Position numbers and translations under genes: made by a program. The notes under the pieces were generated by a model that worked only from the letters and a program-made list of their open reading frames with translations, was not told where the DNA came from and did no database searches. From Actinomycetes bacterium (lineage in GTDB: Bacteria > Actinomycetota > Actinomycetes > S36-B12): 64,000 nucleotides of DNA. The stretch spans positions 8,855 to 72,854 of the forward strand of contig JBAXSI010000007.1 in NCBI GenBank assembly GCA_037130755.1, in the 5' to 3' direction. Positions within the stretch are counted from its first letter, which is position 1, and each line of letters opens with the position of its first letter. Of the stretch, positions 28,284 through 36,389 are shown piece by piece.

Positions 28284-29272
28284 CGCGAACCCACCGTCGT
28301 TGCCTCGGTCAGCAGGCCGACGATCTCGTGAATCCGGTCCACCTCGGCTCCGCCCGCGAGGACGTGCTCGCAGGATGCGGCAGCGGCGGCAACGCCGAAG
28401 GTGACTGCCTCGGCCCAGTCGACGTCGCCATTACCGGCGTGCAGCCATACGTGTGACAGGCCACCGACGAACGAGTCACCGGCGCCGACAGTGCTGCGGG
28501 CCACGACAGGGAATGCGGGGAACCACGAGACGTCGCCCTCGCGCGCCATCGCGACGCCGGCAGCACCAGCGGTGACCAGGGCCAGGCGCGCACCTCGGTC
28601 GCACAGGGCCAGAGCCGCTCGCTCGGCTCGCGGTCGAATCGTCTCGGTGTCCTCGTTGTGGCTGTCCATGACGTCGCTGCCCGCGGACGCGATCATTGCC
28701 TCGGCCTCATCGAGGTTCGGCGTGACGACGTCCGCGCCGTGCTCGAGTGCCTCGGCGAGCCACGTCGGCGCCGTGTCGACGAGGATGCGTCCGCCCGCGG
28801 CGTGCACGTCGTCGATGAGCGCGCCCAGCGAACCGGCCGGCAGGTCGAGCGGGAAGCTGCCCATGCACAGCACGACGTCTCCGGGCGTGATGAGCGAACT
28901 GGCGGTGGCGCGCACCCGATCCCAGTCCGATCCGGCCATCGGCGATCCGGCGTCGTTGACGACGGTGACGCGATTGACGGCTTCCTCGAGGTAGATGCTC
29001 GCGACCCGGACACTGCCCGGCACCTCGACGGTGGTGAACTCGCCGCCCTCACCGGCGAGAAGTGCCTCGTAGCGCGGACCGTCCTCGATGCCGATCGGGA
29101 TGAGCATCGGGGCGTGGTCCCCTAGGGCGCGGAGCACGCGAGCAACGTTGATGCCCTTGCCACCGGCGGTCAGCTCGACCGAGCGCGTGCGGATGACCGC
29201 GCCGGGCACCATCTCGAGGATGGTGATCGTGCGATCGAACACGGGGTTCGGATTGATGATGAGCGCGCTGAT
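28280..29272 (-). CDS. PfkB-family sugar-phosphate kinase (1-phosphofructokinase/tagatose-6-phosphate kinase-like)
   Basis: ISALIINPNPVFDRT..GGKGINVAR... and C-terminal GAGDSFVGG. The homologous N-terminus begins at an ATC codon (29272), 7 nt after GAGAGG. Canonical in-frame starts exist only at GTG 29242 (truncates strand 1), GTG 29377 and TTG 29440. The 29273-29377 stretch has poor coding character (see findings). Confidence 0.8.
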   Translation of the reverse strand: MSALIINPNPVFDRTITILEMVPGAVIRTRSVELTAGGKGINVARVLRALGDHAPMLIPIGIEDGPRYEALLAGEGGEFTTVEVPGSVRVASIYLEEAVNRVTVVNDAGSPMAGSDWDRVRATASSLITPGDVVLCMGSFPLDLPAGSLGALIDDVHAAGGRILVDTAPTWLAEALEHGADVVTPNLDEAEAMIASAGSDVMDSHNEDTETIRPRAERAALALCDRGARLALVTAGAAGVAMAREGDVSWFPAFPVVARSTVGAGDSFVGGLSHVWLHAGNGDVDWAEAVTFGVAAAAASCEHVLAGGAEVDRIHEIVGLLTEATTVGSR

Positions 29273-29326
29273 GGCACTGCCTCTCGGGGGCGAGGTCGCT
29301 GCTTTCCTGGTGGCCGCGGGGGCGGC

Positions 29327-29365
29327 CGGTAATCGATGTCGGTAATCGTTGACGGTAATCGTTGT
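29327..29365. promoter_or_regulatory. three tandem 13-bp direct repeats CGGTAATCG(A/T)TG(T/A); candidate LacI-family operator array
   Basis: CGGTAATCGATGT CGGTAATCGTTGA CGGTAATCGTTGT, read directly from the sequence. Each unit contains GGTAATCGNTGNC, resembling the TGNAANCGNTNNCA class of LacI/CcpA operators. It lies immediately 5' of the pfkB-lacI-FGGY-aldolase operon. Confidence 0.45.
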
Positions 29366-29414
29366 CAGCGGTTTCACGCTAGCCCTGGCCCGTGCAGCAT
29401 GTCCAGACTCAGGG

Positions 29415-29957
29415 TCAACCGTTACCGAAACGTTGCACAACCGCCTCGACCTGGTCGGCTACCGCCATGCGGGCATCAATGACGAGGGCCGGGACCGACG
29501 GAGCTCCCGGCTCGGGCAGGTCGCCCGTCGCTACGACCTCGGTATCCCGCACGGCTCCCCTTTCCGCCAGGCGGCGAAGGCGCTCCTGCGCGGGAACGGC
29601 CAGCCACACGACATGCGCGCGCTCGTCGGGCACGCCCACCTCGGCGAGCCACTCCGACCACCGAGCAGCAGACGAGGTCTCGGCCGTGAAAGGCGCGATG
29701 AGCACCAGCGAAGGGAACGAGTCGTCGACCAGCACCGCCCTGGCCGCCTCGGCAAGGCGCGCGTATCGCTCATCCCGAAGCGCCTCGAGGGCATCTGCCT
29801 CGGTGCCGCCGGGATGACTGCGCCGATAGTCCGCCAGGAGGTCGACGGCCACGTCGTCGAGGTCCCGGGTCGCCGAGCCGAGCTGCTCGGCGAGGGCCAG
29901 GCCGAGTGTGGTCTTCCCACTCCCCGCTGGCCCGGTGATCATGTAGATCTCGGTCAC
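29415..29957 (-). CDS. P-loop NTPase, small kinase-like (AAA_33/zeta-toxin-like fold class)
   Basis: 180-aa ORF with GTG start, or ATG 29942. Walker A ITGPAGSGKTT is near the N-terminus. No other diagnostic motifs were recognised. Confidence 0.65.
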   Translation of the reverse strand: MTEIYMITGPAGSGKTTLGLALAEQLGSATRDLDDVAVDLLADYRRSHPGGTEADALEALRDERYARLAEAARAVLVDDSFPSLVLIAPFTAETSSAARWSEWLAEVGVPDERAHVVWLAVPAQERLRRLAERGAVRDTEVVATGDLPEPGAPSVPALVIDARMAVADQVEAVVQRFGNG

Positions 29958-30139
29958 TGAAGACTCCGAGGACGCGACTTCCGGCAGGGCTGCCGGTCGG
30001 CTCGAATCCTAGGCCCGACGGCCGTCGACGTGCCGCGAGCGCCGCGGATGGATCAATCGTCGCTGCTAGATTCGCCGACGAACGCTGACGTCGAATCGCC
30101 TCGGCGGAGCAGCGGGCTCCCACTAGCTGGGCGGTTGAG

Positions 30140-31249
30140 ATGAATCCGACGATGAAGAACGGCGCACTCTCCTGGGAACTGCGAAGCGACCTGGTGCAGG
30201 CATGGGTGACCGTCCGCGGAGCGCAGATCGCCCCGGTCGAGTTCGACCTCGACGGTCGCGTCGTCCAGCCGTATTCCCTTGCCCCATGGGCCCCCGGAGG
30301 CATTCCCGGAATCCCGCCGTTGCTCGACGCCCTGCGCGGTGACTTCCTGTGCCTGCCGTTCGGCGCCCAGCCGGACGGCCCCCAGCACGGCGAGACGGCG
30401 AGCTCGGAGTGGACTCTCGCGGACGCCACGGCCGACAGTGTCACGCTGCACCTTGAAGCGTCAGACATCGAAGCGGTCGTGGACAAGACCGTGAGTGTGC
30501 GGCCAGGGCAGACGGCGCTGTACCAGGAATTCCTGATCACCGGCCTCGACGGCTACTACAACTACGGCACCCACCCCATCCTCGACTTCTCGAACGAGGC
30601 GCCCGGCGCAGCGCGGATCAGCACCAGTGCGATGCGGTGGGCGTCCACCAACGCCGGCCGCTTCTCCGATCCGGCGGCCGGCGAGACCCAGATCCTCGCC
30701 GAGAATGCCGTGTTCACCAGCCTTGACGCGATCCCCCGCGAGGACGGCGAACTCCTCGACGTCTCCCGCTACCCGACGCCTTCTGGCCACGAGGACCTTG
30801 TGATGCTCGTCAATGACCCGTCCGCAGGCCCGCTGGGCTGGGCGGCCGCGTCCTGCGCGGGCTACGTCTGGTTCTCGCTGAAGGCCGTGGTGTCGTTCCC
30901 CGCGACACTGCTGTGGATCTCGAACGGCGGACGCACCCAGGCGCCGTGGAACGGCGTCCATACCTCGCGTCTGGGCATCGAGGACGTCTGCTCATACTTT
31001 GCTGACGGGCTCGAGGCCTCGCGAGCCAATCCCTTGCAAGACCTCGGGATCGCAACGGTGCGGCATTTCGACGCCGGGACCCCGGTCCGCCTGCGGACGC
31101 TGCAGGCCGTGGCAGCCACCCCGCCTGGCTTCGGACGGGTGACCGAGATCGACACTTCTCGACCGGGCGTCGTCACGATCGTCGACGACGCCGGTGTGGC
31201 GGTCACGTCCGACATCGAGTGGGAGTTCGTTCTCCAGACAGGGGCCTGA
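30140..31249 (+). CDS. hypothetical protein, possibly galactose-mutarotase-like (aldose 1-epimerase superfamily)
   Basis: 369-aa ORF with good coding character, divergent from the sugar operon. The LPFGA...GPQHGE pattern is reminiscent of mutarotase-like sugar-binding folds. The assignment is tentative. Confidence 0.55.
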   Translation: MNPTMKNGALSWELRSDLVQAWVTVRGAQIAPVEFDLDGRVVQPYSLAPWAPGGIPGIPPLLDALRGDFLCLPFGAQPDGPQHGETASSEWTLADATADSVTLHLEASDIEAVVDKTVSVRPGQTALYQEFLITGLDGYYNYGTHPILDFSNEAPGAARISTSAMRWASTNAGRFSDPAAGETQILAENAVFTSLDAIPREDGELLDVSRYPTPSGHEDLVMLVNDPSAGPLGWAAASCAGYVWFSLKAVVSFPATLLWISNGGRTQAPWNGVHTSRLGIEDVCSYFADGLEASRANPLQDLGIATVRHFDAGTPVRLRTLQAVAATPPGFGRVTEIDTSRPGVVTIVDDAGVAVTSDIEWEFVLQTGA

Positions 31250-31323
31250 GCCCCGGCGGGCCGTTCGGGCAGGCGGGGCAACGGCGCATAGGATGGATCG
31301 CACATCCAAGCGAGAGGTTCGTC

Positions 31324-31806
31324 ATGCGTCTAGGTATTGCAACGGCTGCTGGTCTTTCGGGGCTGCTTCTGGCCGCATCGGTCGGTCTGACGGGCTGCTC
31401 GTCCAGCTCGACTGCGAACGGTGAATCGTCGGCCGACGCAGGAACGTCGGCCGCCGCCAGCGCGGAGGCCTCGGCTGCACCCTCGGGTTCCGACACGAGC
31501 GGCGATCCCGTCGACGCCAAGGCCGCCTGCGGCACCGTCGACGCGGCCAAGGCCGGCTACATGAAGGGGTTCGCCGCCACCGACTCCGAAAGCTGGAACC
31601 AGTTCGCCGAGGAGATGCTCACCGCGTCGTCCAGTGCGCCCGACCCAGCACTCAGTGGCGCCCTGATGAACGTGGCTGTCGCAGCTCAGTTCACCGTCAC
31701 CGGGCTCGAGGGCGGCGACGACCTGGCAACCGCCAAGGGCGACTTCGACACGACCATCACCGACCTCAGCGCCGTCTGCACGAAGGCCGGCGCCCCGCTC
31801 CAGTAG
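31324..31806 (+). CDS. lipoprotein, function unknown
   Basis: Start at ATG 31324 with GAGAGG upstream. MRLGIATAAGLSGLLLAASVGLTGC has an LTGC lipobox, followed by a Ser/Ala-rich linker. Confidence 0.75.
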   Translation: MRLGIATAAGLSGLLLAASVGLTGCSSSSTANGESSADAGTSAAASAEASAAPSGSDTSGDPVDAKAACGTVDAAKAGYMKGFAATDSESWNQFAEEMLTASSSAPDPALSGALMNVAVAAQFTVTGLEGGDDLATAKGDFDTTITDLSAVCTKAGAPLQ

Positions 31807-31842
31807 CCACCGCGGGCTGTGCCACCGTCGATGTGCGGTGGC

Positions 31843-32106
31843 TCAGCCCGTGTTGCTCTTGCGGAACAGCGCAGCAGTGATGGCGACGAGAATCGTCGCG
31901 ACGAAGACCTGCGTGATGAAGACCAGGAGCCACGTTCCCGAGTAGCCGAGCCAGTTCGCGATCGCCAGGCCAAGGAACGCCCCGATGATTCCGATGATGA
32001 TCGTGATGATGCAGCCGATGGGCTGCATGCTCGGCACCAGCAGGCGCGCGATCATTCCGATGATGATGCCGGCGAACAAACCGCTGATGATGCCTTCAGG
32101 TGTCAT
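31843..32106 (-). CDS. GlsB/YeaQ/YmgE family (transglycosylase-associated) small membrane protein
   Basis: 87-aa product MTPEGIISGLFAGIIIGMIARLLVP...IIGIIGAFLG, a typical family pattern. The 64-aa track extension is rejected. Confidence 0.85.
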   Translation of the reverse strand: MTPEGIISGLFAGIIIGMIARLLVPSMQPIGCIITIIIGIIGAFLGLAIANWLGYSGTWLLVFITQVFVATILVAITAALFRKSNTG

Positions 32107-32110
32107 GTCT

Positions 32111-33133
32111 TCACCCAACCATCGCCTGCCCGTCGCGAGCAAGCGCGACAAGCCGTGACACGGCCCTGAAGTACTTCTTCCGGTACCCCCCGCGGAGCAT
32201 GTCGGCGGTGAACAGCCTGTCGAGCGGCACACCGCTCGCAACGACCGGCACGTCACGGTCGTAGAGACGGTCGACGAGCACCACGAGCCGCAGTGCATCG
32301 GCCTGGTCGGTCACAGTCCGCACATTGCTGACCCCGAGCAGGGACACCCCCTGCACCAGCGCCCCGTAACGGGACGGATGCACGGTCGCCAGATGCCGAG
32401 TCAGCCGGCCGAAGTCGTCGAGAGCTGCACCGGGCGTGGCTGACACATGCGCTGCGACATCCGCATCCGAGCAGGGCTCCGGCGCATCCGGCAGGCCGCG
32501 ATGCCGGTAGTCCTCACCCTCGATGCGAAGCACGTCGAAGTGCGCCGCCAGTCCTTGGATCTCGCGCATGAAGTCGTCAGCCGCGAACCGCCCCTCACCC
32601 AGCTTGTCCGGCAGCGTGTTCGACGTCGCGGCAAGGTAGACGCCGTCGGCGACGAGTTCGTTCAAGAGCGTCGACATCAAGACGGTGTCGCCGGGATCGT
32701 CGAGCTCGAACTCATCGATGCACAGCAGCCGGTTCACCTTCAGCGCCTCGACGGCCGTCCGGAAGCCGAGGGCGCCCACGAAGTTGGTGTACTCGACGAA
32801 CGTGCCGAAGCTCTTCGGGCCCGGGACCGCGTGCCACAAGGACGCGAGCAGGTGCGTCTTGCCGACCCCGAAGCCGCCATCGAGATACACCCCACGGCGG
32901 CCCTCCGGCGGGGCTGGGCGACGAAAGATCGTCCGCCGGGGCGGTGGCTCCACGACGCGGTCCGCGAACGCCCGCAAAGCGGCAACGGCCGCTGCCTGGG
33001 TGGGGTGCGCGGCGTCCGGGATGTAGTTATCGAACCGGACCGCCCCGAAGTGCGGCGGCGGGACGAACTGGCCCACCAGTTCGGGGATCGACACTGTCGG
33101 ATGCCGGTCGGTGAGCGACAGCGGTTCCGGCAC
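32111..33133 (-). CDS. zapE: cell division protein ZapE (AFG1-like ATPase)
   Basis: 340-aa ORF with Walker A GGFGVGKTHL and Walker B LLCIDEFELDD. Confidence 0.9.
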   Translation of the reverse strand: MPEPLSLTDRHPTVSIPELVGQFVPPPHFGAVRFDNYIPDAAHPTQAAAVAALRAFADRVVEPPPRRTIFRRPAPPEGRRGVYLDGGFGVGKTHLLASLWHAVPGPKSFGTFVEYTNFVGALGFRTAVEALKVNRLLCIDEFELDDPGDTVLMSTLLNELVADGVYLAATSNTLPDKLGEGRFAADDFMREIQGLAAHFDVLRIEGEDYRHRGLPDAPEPCSDADVAAHVSATPGAALDDFGRLTRHLATVHPSRYGALVQGVSLLGVSNVRTVTDQADALRLVVLVDRLYDRDVPVVASGVPLDRLFTADMLRGGYRKKYFRAVSRLVALARDGQAMVG

Positions 33134-33204
33134 GAGAGGAGCCTATGCGGCCCTTCCCCCGCAGCGCATCGGACGGGGGCGCCGGATCATGCGACGATGC
33201 GTGC

Positions 33205-33906
33205 GTGCAGCGCCTGCTCCCGGCTCCAAGCCGGCCGTTGACCGACGAGGAGCTCGTCGAGGCGTACGAGTTCCCGTTGAGTCGCCCCTGTCTTCGCGCC
33301 AGCTTCGTGATGTCGCTGGACGGTGCGGTCGCGGGAGGCGATGGCAACTCCCGCTCGATCGCCTCGGCCAGCGATCGGCGGGTCTTCTCGCACGTGCGTC
33401 TCCGAGCCGACGTCGTCCTCGTCGGAGCCGGCACGGTGCGGGCGGACCGGTACGGCCCGTCTCGGCTGCCGATCGCCATCGTGACCGGGGGCCTCGACCT
33501 CGCTCCCAACTTGCCCCTCTTCGCCGAGGCCAAGGCCTCCACTCCCCGAACCCTTGTCTTCACCTCAGCGCAGGCGGCGCCGAGCGCGCCTGCCTGGCTG
33601 CACGAGCACGCGGACGTCATCGCCTGCGGCGACGAGACCGTCGACCTGTCCGGCGTGATCGGCGAGCTGGGCCGTCGCGGACTGGGGCGGATCCACTGTG
33701 AAGGGGGTCCCGCCCTGCTGAGCGCGCTCACTGCACTGGATCTCGTCGACGAGCTCCTGGTCTCGGTGAGCCCGCTGATCGTCGGAGCGCCACCCTCCGA
33801 GCATCTGGTCAGCGTCCCCGGTGGCCTGCTTGGGTCCCGGCAATGGCGCGCCGTGCACGTGCTGGCCGAGGACGGCACCGTGTTCCTGCGTCTGCGGAGG
33901 TCCTGA
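33205..33906 (+). CDS. RibD C-terminal domain / pyrimidine reductase family protein
   Basis: VQRLLP..LTDEELVEAY...RASFVMSLDGAV...SDRRVFSHVRLRADVVLVGAGTVR...IHCEGGPAL. GTG 33205 is chosen, and ATG 33145 is also possible. Its stop overlaps the ligase start as TGATG. Confidence 0.75.
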   Translation: MQRLLPAPSRPLTDEELVEAYEFPLSRPCLRASFVMSLDGAVAGGDGNSRSIASASDRRVFSHVRLRADVVLVGAGTVRADRYGPSRLPIAIVTGGLDLAPNLPLFAEAKASTPRTLVFTSAQAAPSAPAWLHEHADVIACGDETVDLSGVIGELGRRGLGRIHCEGGPALLSALTALDLVDELLVSVSPLIVGAPPSEHLVSVPGGLLGSRQWRAVHVLAEDGTVFLRLRRS

Positions 33907-34994
33907 TGCTCCAGCCACCCATCGAGCCCATGCTGGCGTCCCCGATCGGAAACGCGGTGCCTGAGGATGCCGGGGACGTGCTGTTCGAACCCAAGTGGGA
34001 CGGCTTCCGCTGCATCGTCTTCCGGATGGACGACACCGTCGTGCTGCAGGGACGCGGCCGGTCACGGGGTGCCAGCGACGAGGTCATCGACCTTGCGTAC
34101 GCGTTCCCCGAGCTCGTCGCCGAGTGCCTGGCACAACTCCCCCCGGGCACCGTCCTCGACGGCGAGATCGTCGCCGTGCACGCGGGCCGCCTCGACTTCG
34201 GCGTCCTGTCGATGCGGCTGCGACCTCGGTCGGAGGCGGGCGGCCCGTCCATCGCCAAGCTCGCGGCTGAGCATCCGGCAACCCTGCTGGCCTTCGACGC
34301 GCTGTGGATCGAGCGGGACCTTCGTGACGAGCCGTTCGACATCCGTCGCGCCGCCCTCGCCGAGTTGGGCCGCACCTGGCGGGCGCCATTGCTCCTCACG
34401 CCGTCGACCTCGGATCCTGCAGTGGCCCGCACCTGGTTCGAGGGATTCGAGGCGGCCGGTGTCGACGGGCTCATGGTGAAGAGCCGCACCGATGCCTATC
34501 AGGCGGGAAAGCGCGTGCAGGGCAAGGTGAAGCACCAGCGGTCGGCCGACGTCGTCGTCGCCGGCTGGCGGCCGCACGCCAAGCCGGGCGCCGACGGTGG
34601 CGAGGTGGTGGGCAGCCTGCTGCTGGGCCTTCATGACCCCACCGGCGTGCTGCAGTACGTGGGCGTCTCGTCGGCATTCCCGGCGATGACGCGGGCCTCG
34701 CTGGTCGAGCTCCTTGCCCCGTTCGCGACCGGCGAGGACGAGCCGCATCCGTGGCGCGGCCAGGCGCAGGGACGAATCCCCGGCGAGGCGAACAGGTGGA
34801 AGAAGGAGCAGCCTTGGCGAGCGCTCCGTCCCACGCTCGTTGCCGAGGTCAGCTTCGACCAACTCGAGGGGGATCGATTCCGTCACGTCGCGCAGTTCTC
34901 GCGCTGGCGCCCCGATCGAACGGCCGATACCTGCACCTACGAGCAGATCGAGCGCCCACCGGACGCGGTCATCGACGGCCTGCTCAACGGCTGA
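33906..34994 (+). CDS. ligC: ATP-dependent DNA ligase (LigC type)
   Basis: Start at MLQPPIEPMLAS. Adenylation motif I is EPKWDGFR. It is followed by nucleotidyltransferase and OB-fold regions (LMVKS, GKVKH). Confidence 0.9.
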   Translation: MLQPPIEPMLASPIGNAVPEDAGDVLFEPKWDGFRCIVFRMDDTVVLQGRGRSRGASDEVIDLAYAFPELVAECLAQLPPGTVLDGEIVAVHAGRLDFGVLSMRLRPRSEAGGPSIAKLAAEHPATLLAFDALWIERDLRDEPFDIRRAALAELGRTWRAPLLLTPSTSDPAVARTWFEGFEAAGVDGLMVKSRTDAYQAGKRVQGKVKHQRSADVVVAGWRPHAKPGADGGEVVGSLLLGLHDPTGVLQYVGVSSAFPAMTRASLVELLAPFATGEDEPHPWRGQAQGRIPGEANRWKKEQPWRALRPTLVAEVSFDQLEGDRFRHVAQFSRWRPDRTADTCTYEQIERPPDAVIDGLLNG

Positions 34995-35002
34995 GCGGGG
35001 CG

Positions 35003-36031
35003 TCAGATCGTCTCGGGCTTGCGCGCCCTGCTCGGCTGCACGCGGGGCGGCTCCCCCGGCATCTTCGGGAAATCGGGCGGGTACGGCAGCTCCGGGAGCC
35101 CGTTCTCGACGTCCTGCTCCCAGGCGCGAAGGGCGGGGGCAATGTCGACGGCCGCGTCCGGCATCCCGCGCCACGGGTCCGGGAGCGTCGCCACGAAGTT
35201 CGGGACGGTGCGCAGGGTGAACTCCTCGGGCTGCACCCCGTCAAGATCGGCCCAGGCGATCGGCATCGACACGGGCGCCGTGGGCCGTGGCCTCAGCGAG
35301 TAGGCAGATGCCATCACCCGGTCCTGCGCGTTCTGGTTGAAGTCAACGAACACCTTGCCGCCGCGCTCCTCCTTCCACCACGACATGGTGACGAGGTCTG
35401 GCAGCCGGCGCTCGAGCTCTCGACCGACGGCGATCGCCGCATGCCGCACGTCGATGAACGAGTGCAACGGTCGGATCGGCACGAAGATGTGGAGCCCTCT
35501 GCTGCCGCTGGTCTTCAGGTACGCCGGCAGTCCCCACTCGGTCAGCAGTTCCCTGCAGGCCCCGGCCACGGTCACCACAGCCGGGAAGCCCAGTTCATCG
35601 GGCGGATCCAGGTCGATGCGCAGTTGGTCGGGGTGGTCGACGTCGGGCACGCGCACCGGCCAGGCATGGAAAGTGAGGGCGCCCATCTGGACCGCCCACG
35701 CGATGGCGGCCCGCGACGAGGGATCCAGGAGCGTCCCCGGCCGTCCGCTCGGGAAGCGAACGGCGATGCCCTGCACATATTCGGGGACGGATTTCGGCAG
35801 GTGCTTTTGGTAGAAGTGCTCGGCGGTCGGGGTGACGCCGTCCGGCCAGCGCTCCAGCGCGGTAGGTCGCCCGCCGATCTGGTCGACGAGTCGATGACCG
35901 ACGGCAAGGTAGTAGTCGAAGACGGCCCGCTTGGTGATGCCGTCGAACACCGGTTTGTCCGGGCTCGTCAGTCGAACGCCGACGCCATCGACGTCGACCA
36001 CGCTTGCTGGCCCATGGGCGGCTGTTGCCAC
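35003..36031 (-). CDS. LigD-polymerase-domain family primase-polymerase (Prim-PolC-like)
   Basis: 342-aa ORF with FYQKH, DQLRIDLDP and KTSGSRGLHIF motifs of archaeo-eukaryotic primase-type NHEJ polymerases. It is convergent with ligC. Confidence 0.9.
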   Translation of the reverse strand: MATAAHGPASVVDVDGVGVRLTSPDKPVFDGITKRAVFDYYLAVGHRLVDQIGGRPTALERWPDGVTPTAEHFYQKHLPKSVPEYVQGIAVRFPSGRPGTLLDPSSRAAIAWAVQMGALTFHAWPVRVPDVDHPDQLRIDLDPPDELGFPAVVTVAGACRELLTEWGLPAYLKTSGSRGLHIFVPIRPLHSFIDVRHAAIAVGRELERRLPDLVTMSWWKEERGGKVFVDFNQNAQDRVMASAYSLRPRPTAPVSMPIAWADLDGVQPEEFTLRTVPNFVATLPDPWRGMPDAAVDIAPALRAWEQDVENGLPELPYPPDFPKMPGEPPRVQPSRARKPETI

Positions 36032-36053
36032 GGGGTCACGCTACATTCCTCAC

Positions 36054-36344
36054 GTGTCCACACTTGCGCTCGTCTTCTGGATCTTCGCGATCGTCCTCGC
36101 CATCTTCGGCATCGTCTTCGTGCTGATCGGTCGCAACGGGGAGCGCGGGTACTGGGCCCAGCGCGATCCGTCCGGCGTGGCCCGTGACGACGCCACGAAG
36201 ATCCCCACGATCGCCCGACGGCCTCTGCACTACGCCGCCGGTGAGTTCCGGGCGCCGCTGCGCATCATCGGCATCGGCCTGCTCCTGTGCGAGATCGCCG
36301 CCGCGTTCGCGGTCCTGGCGATCATCGCGACCATCGCCGGCTAG
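36054..36344 (+). CDS. small membrane protein (two predicted TM helices)
   Basis: The in-frame GTG at 36054 gives VSTLALVFWIFAIVLAIFGIVFVLIG...IIGIGLLLCEIAAAFAVLAIIATIAG. The upstream part of the track ORF overlaps the Prim-Pol gene in antisense. Confidence 0.5.
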   Translation: MSTLALVFWIFAIVLAIFGIVFVLIGRNGERGYWAQRDPSGVARDDATKIPTIARRPLHYAAGEFRAPLRIIGIGLLLCEIAAAFAVLAIIATIAG

Positions 36345-36389
36345 AGCGGTTCGCCCACGCCGAGGCACTGACCAACGCTCGCAGATCCG

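Noticed and set aside
29958-30139. Imperfect inverted repeat GATTCGCCGACG...CGTCGAATC and AATCG-containing words in the divergent intergenic region
   Set aside because: The arms need a bulge and are short. Similarity to the 13-bp repeat core is limited to AATCG, which is too weak to call a second operator.
31807-31842. Hairpin AGCCACCGC...GCGGTGGCT between the lipoprotein and GlsB genes
   Set aside because: The stem is 9 bp with a ~21-nt loop, too weak to annotate as a terminator.
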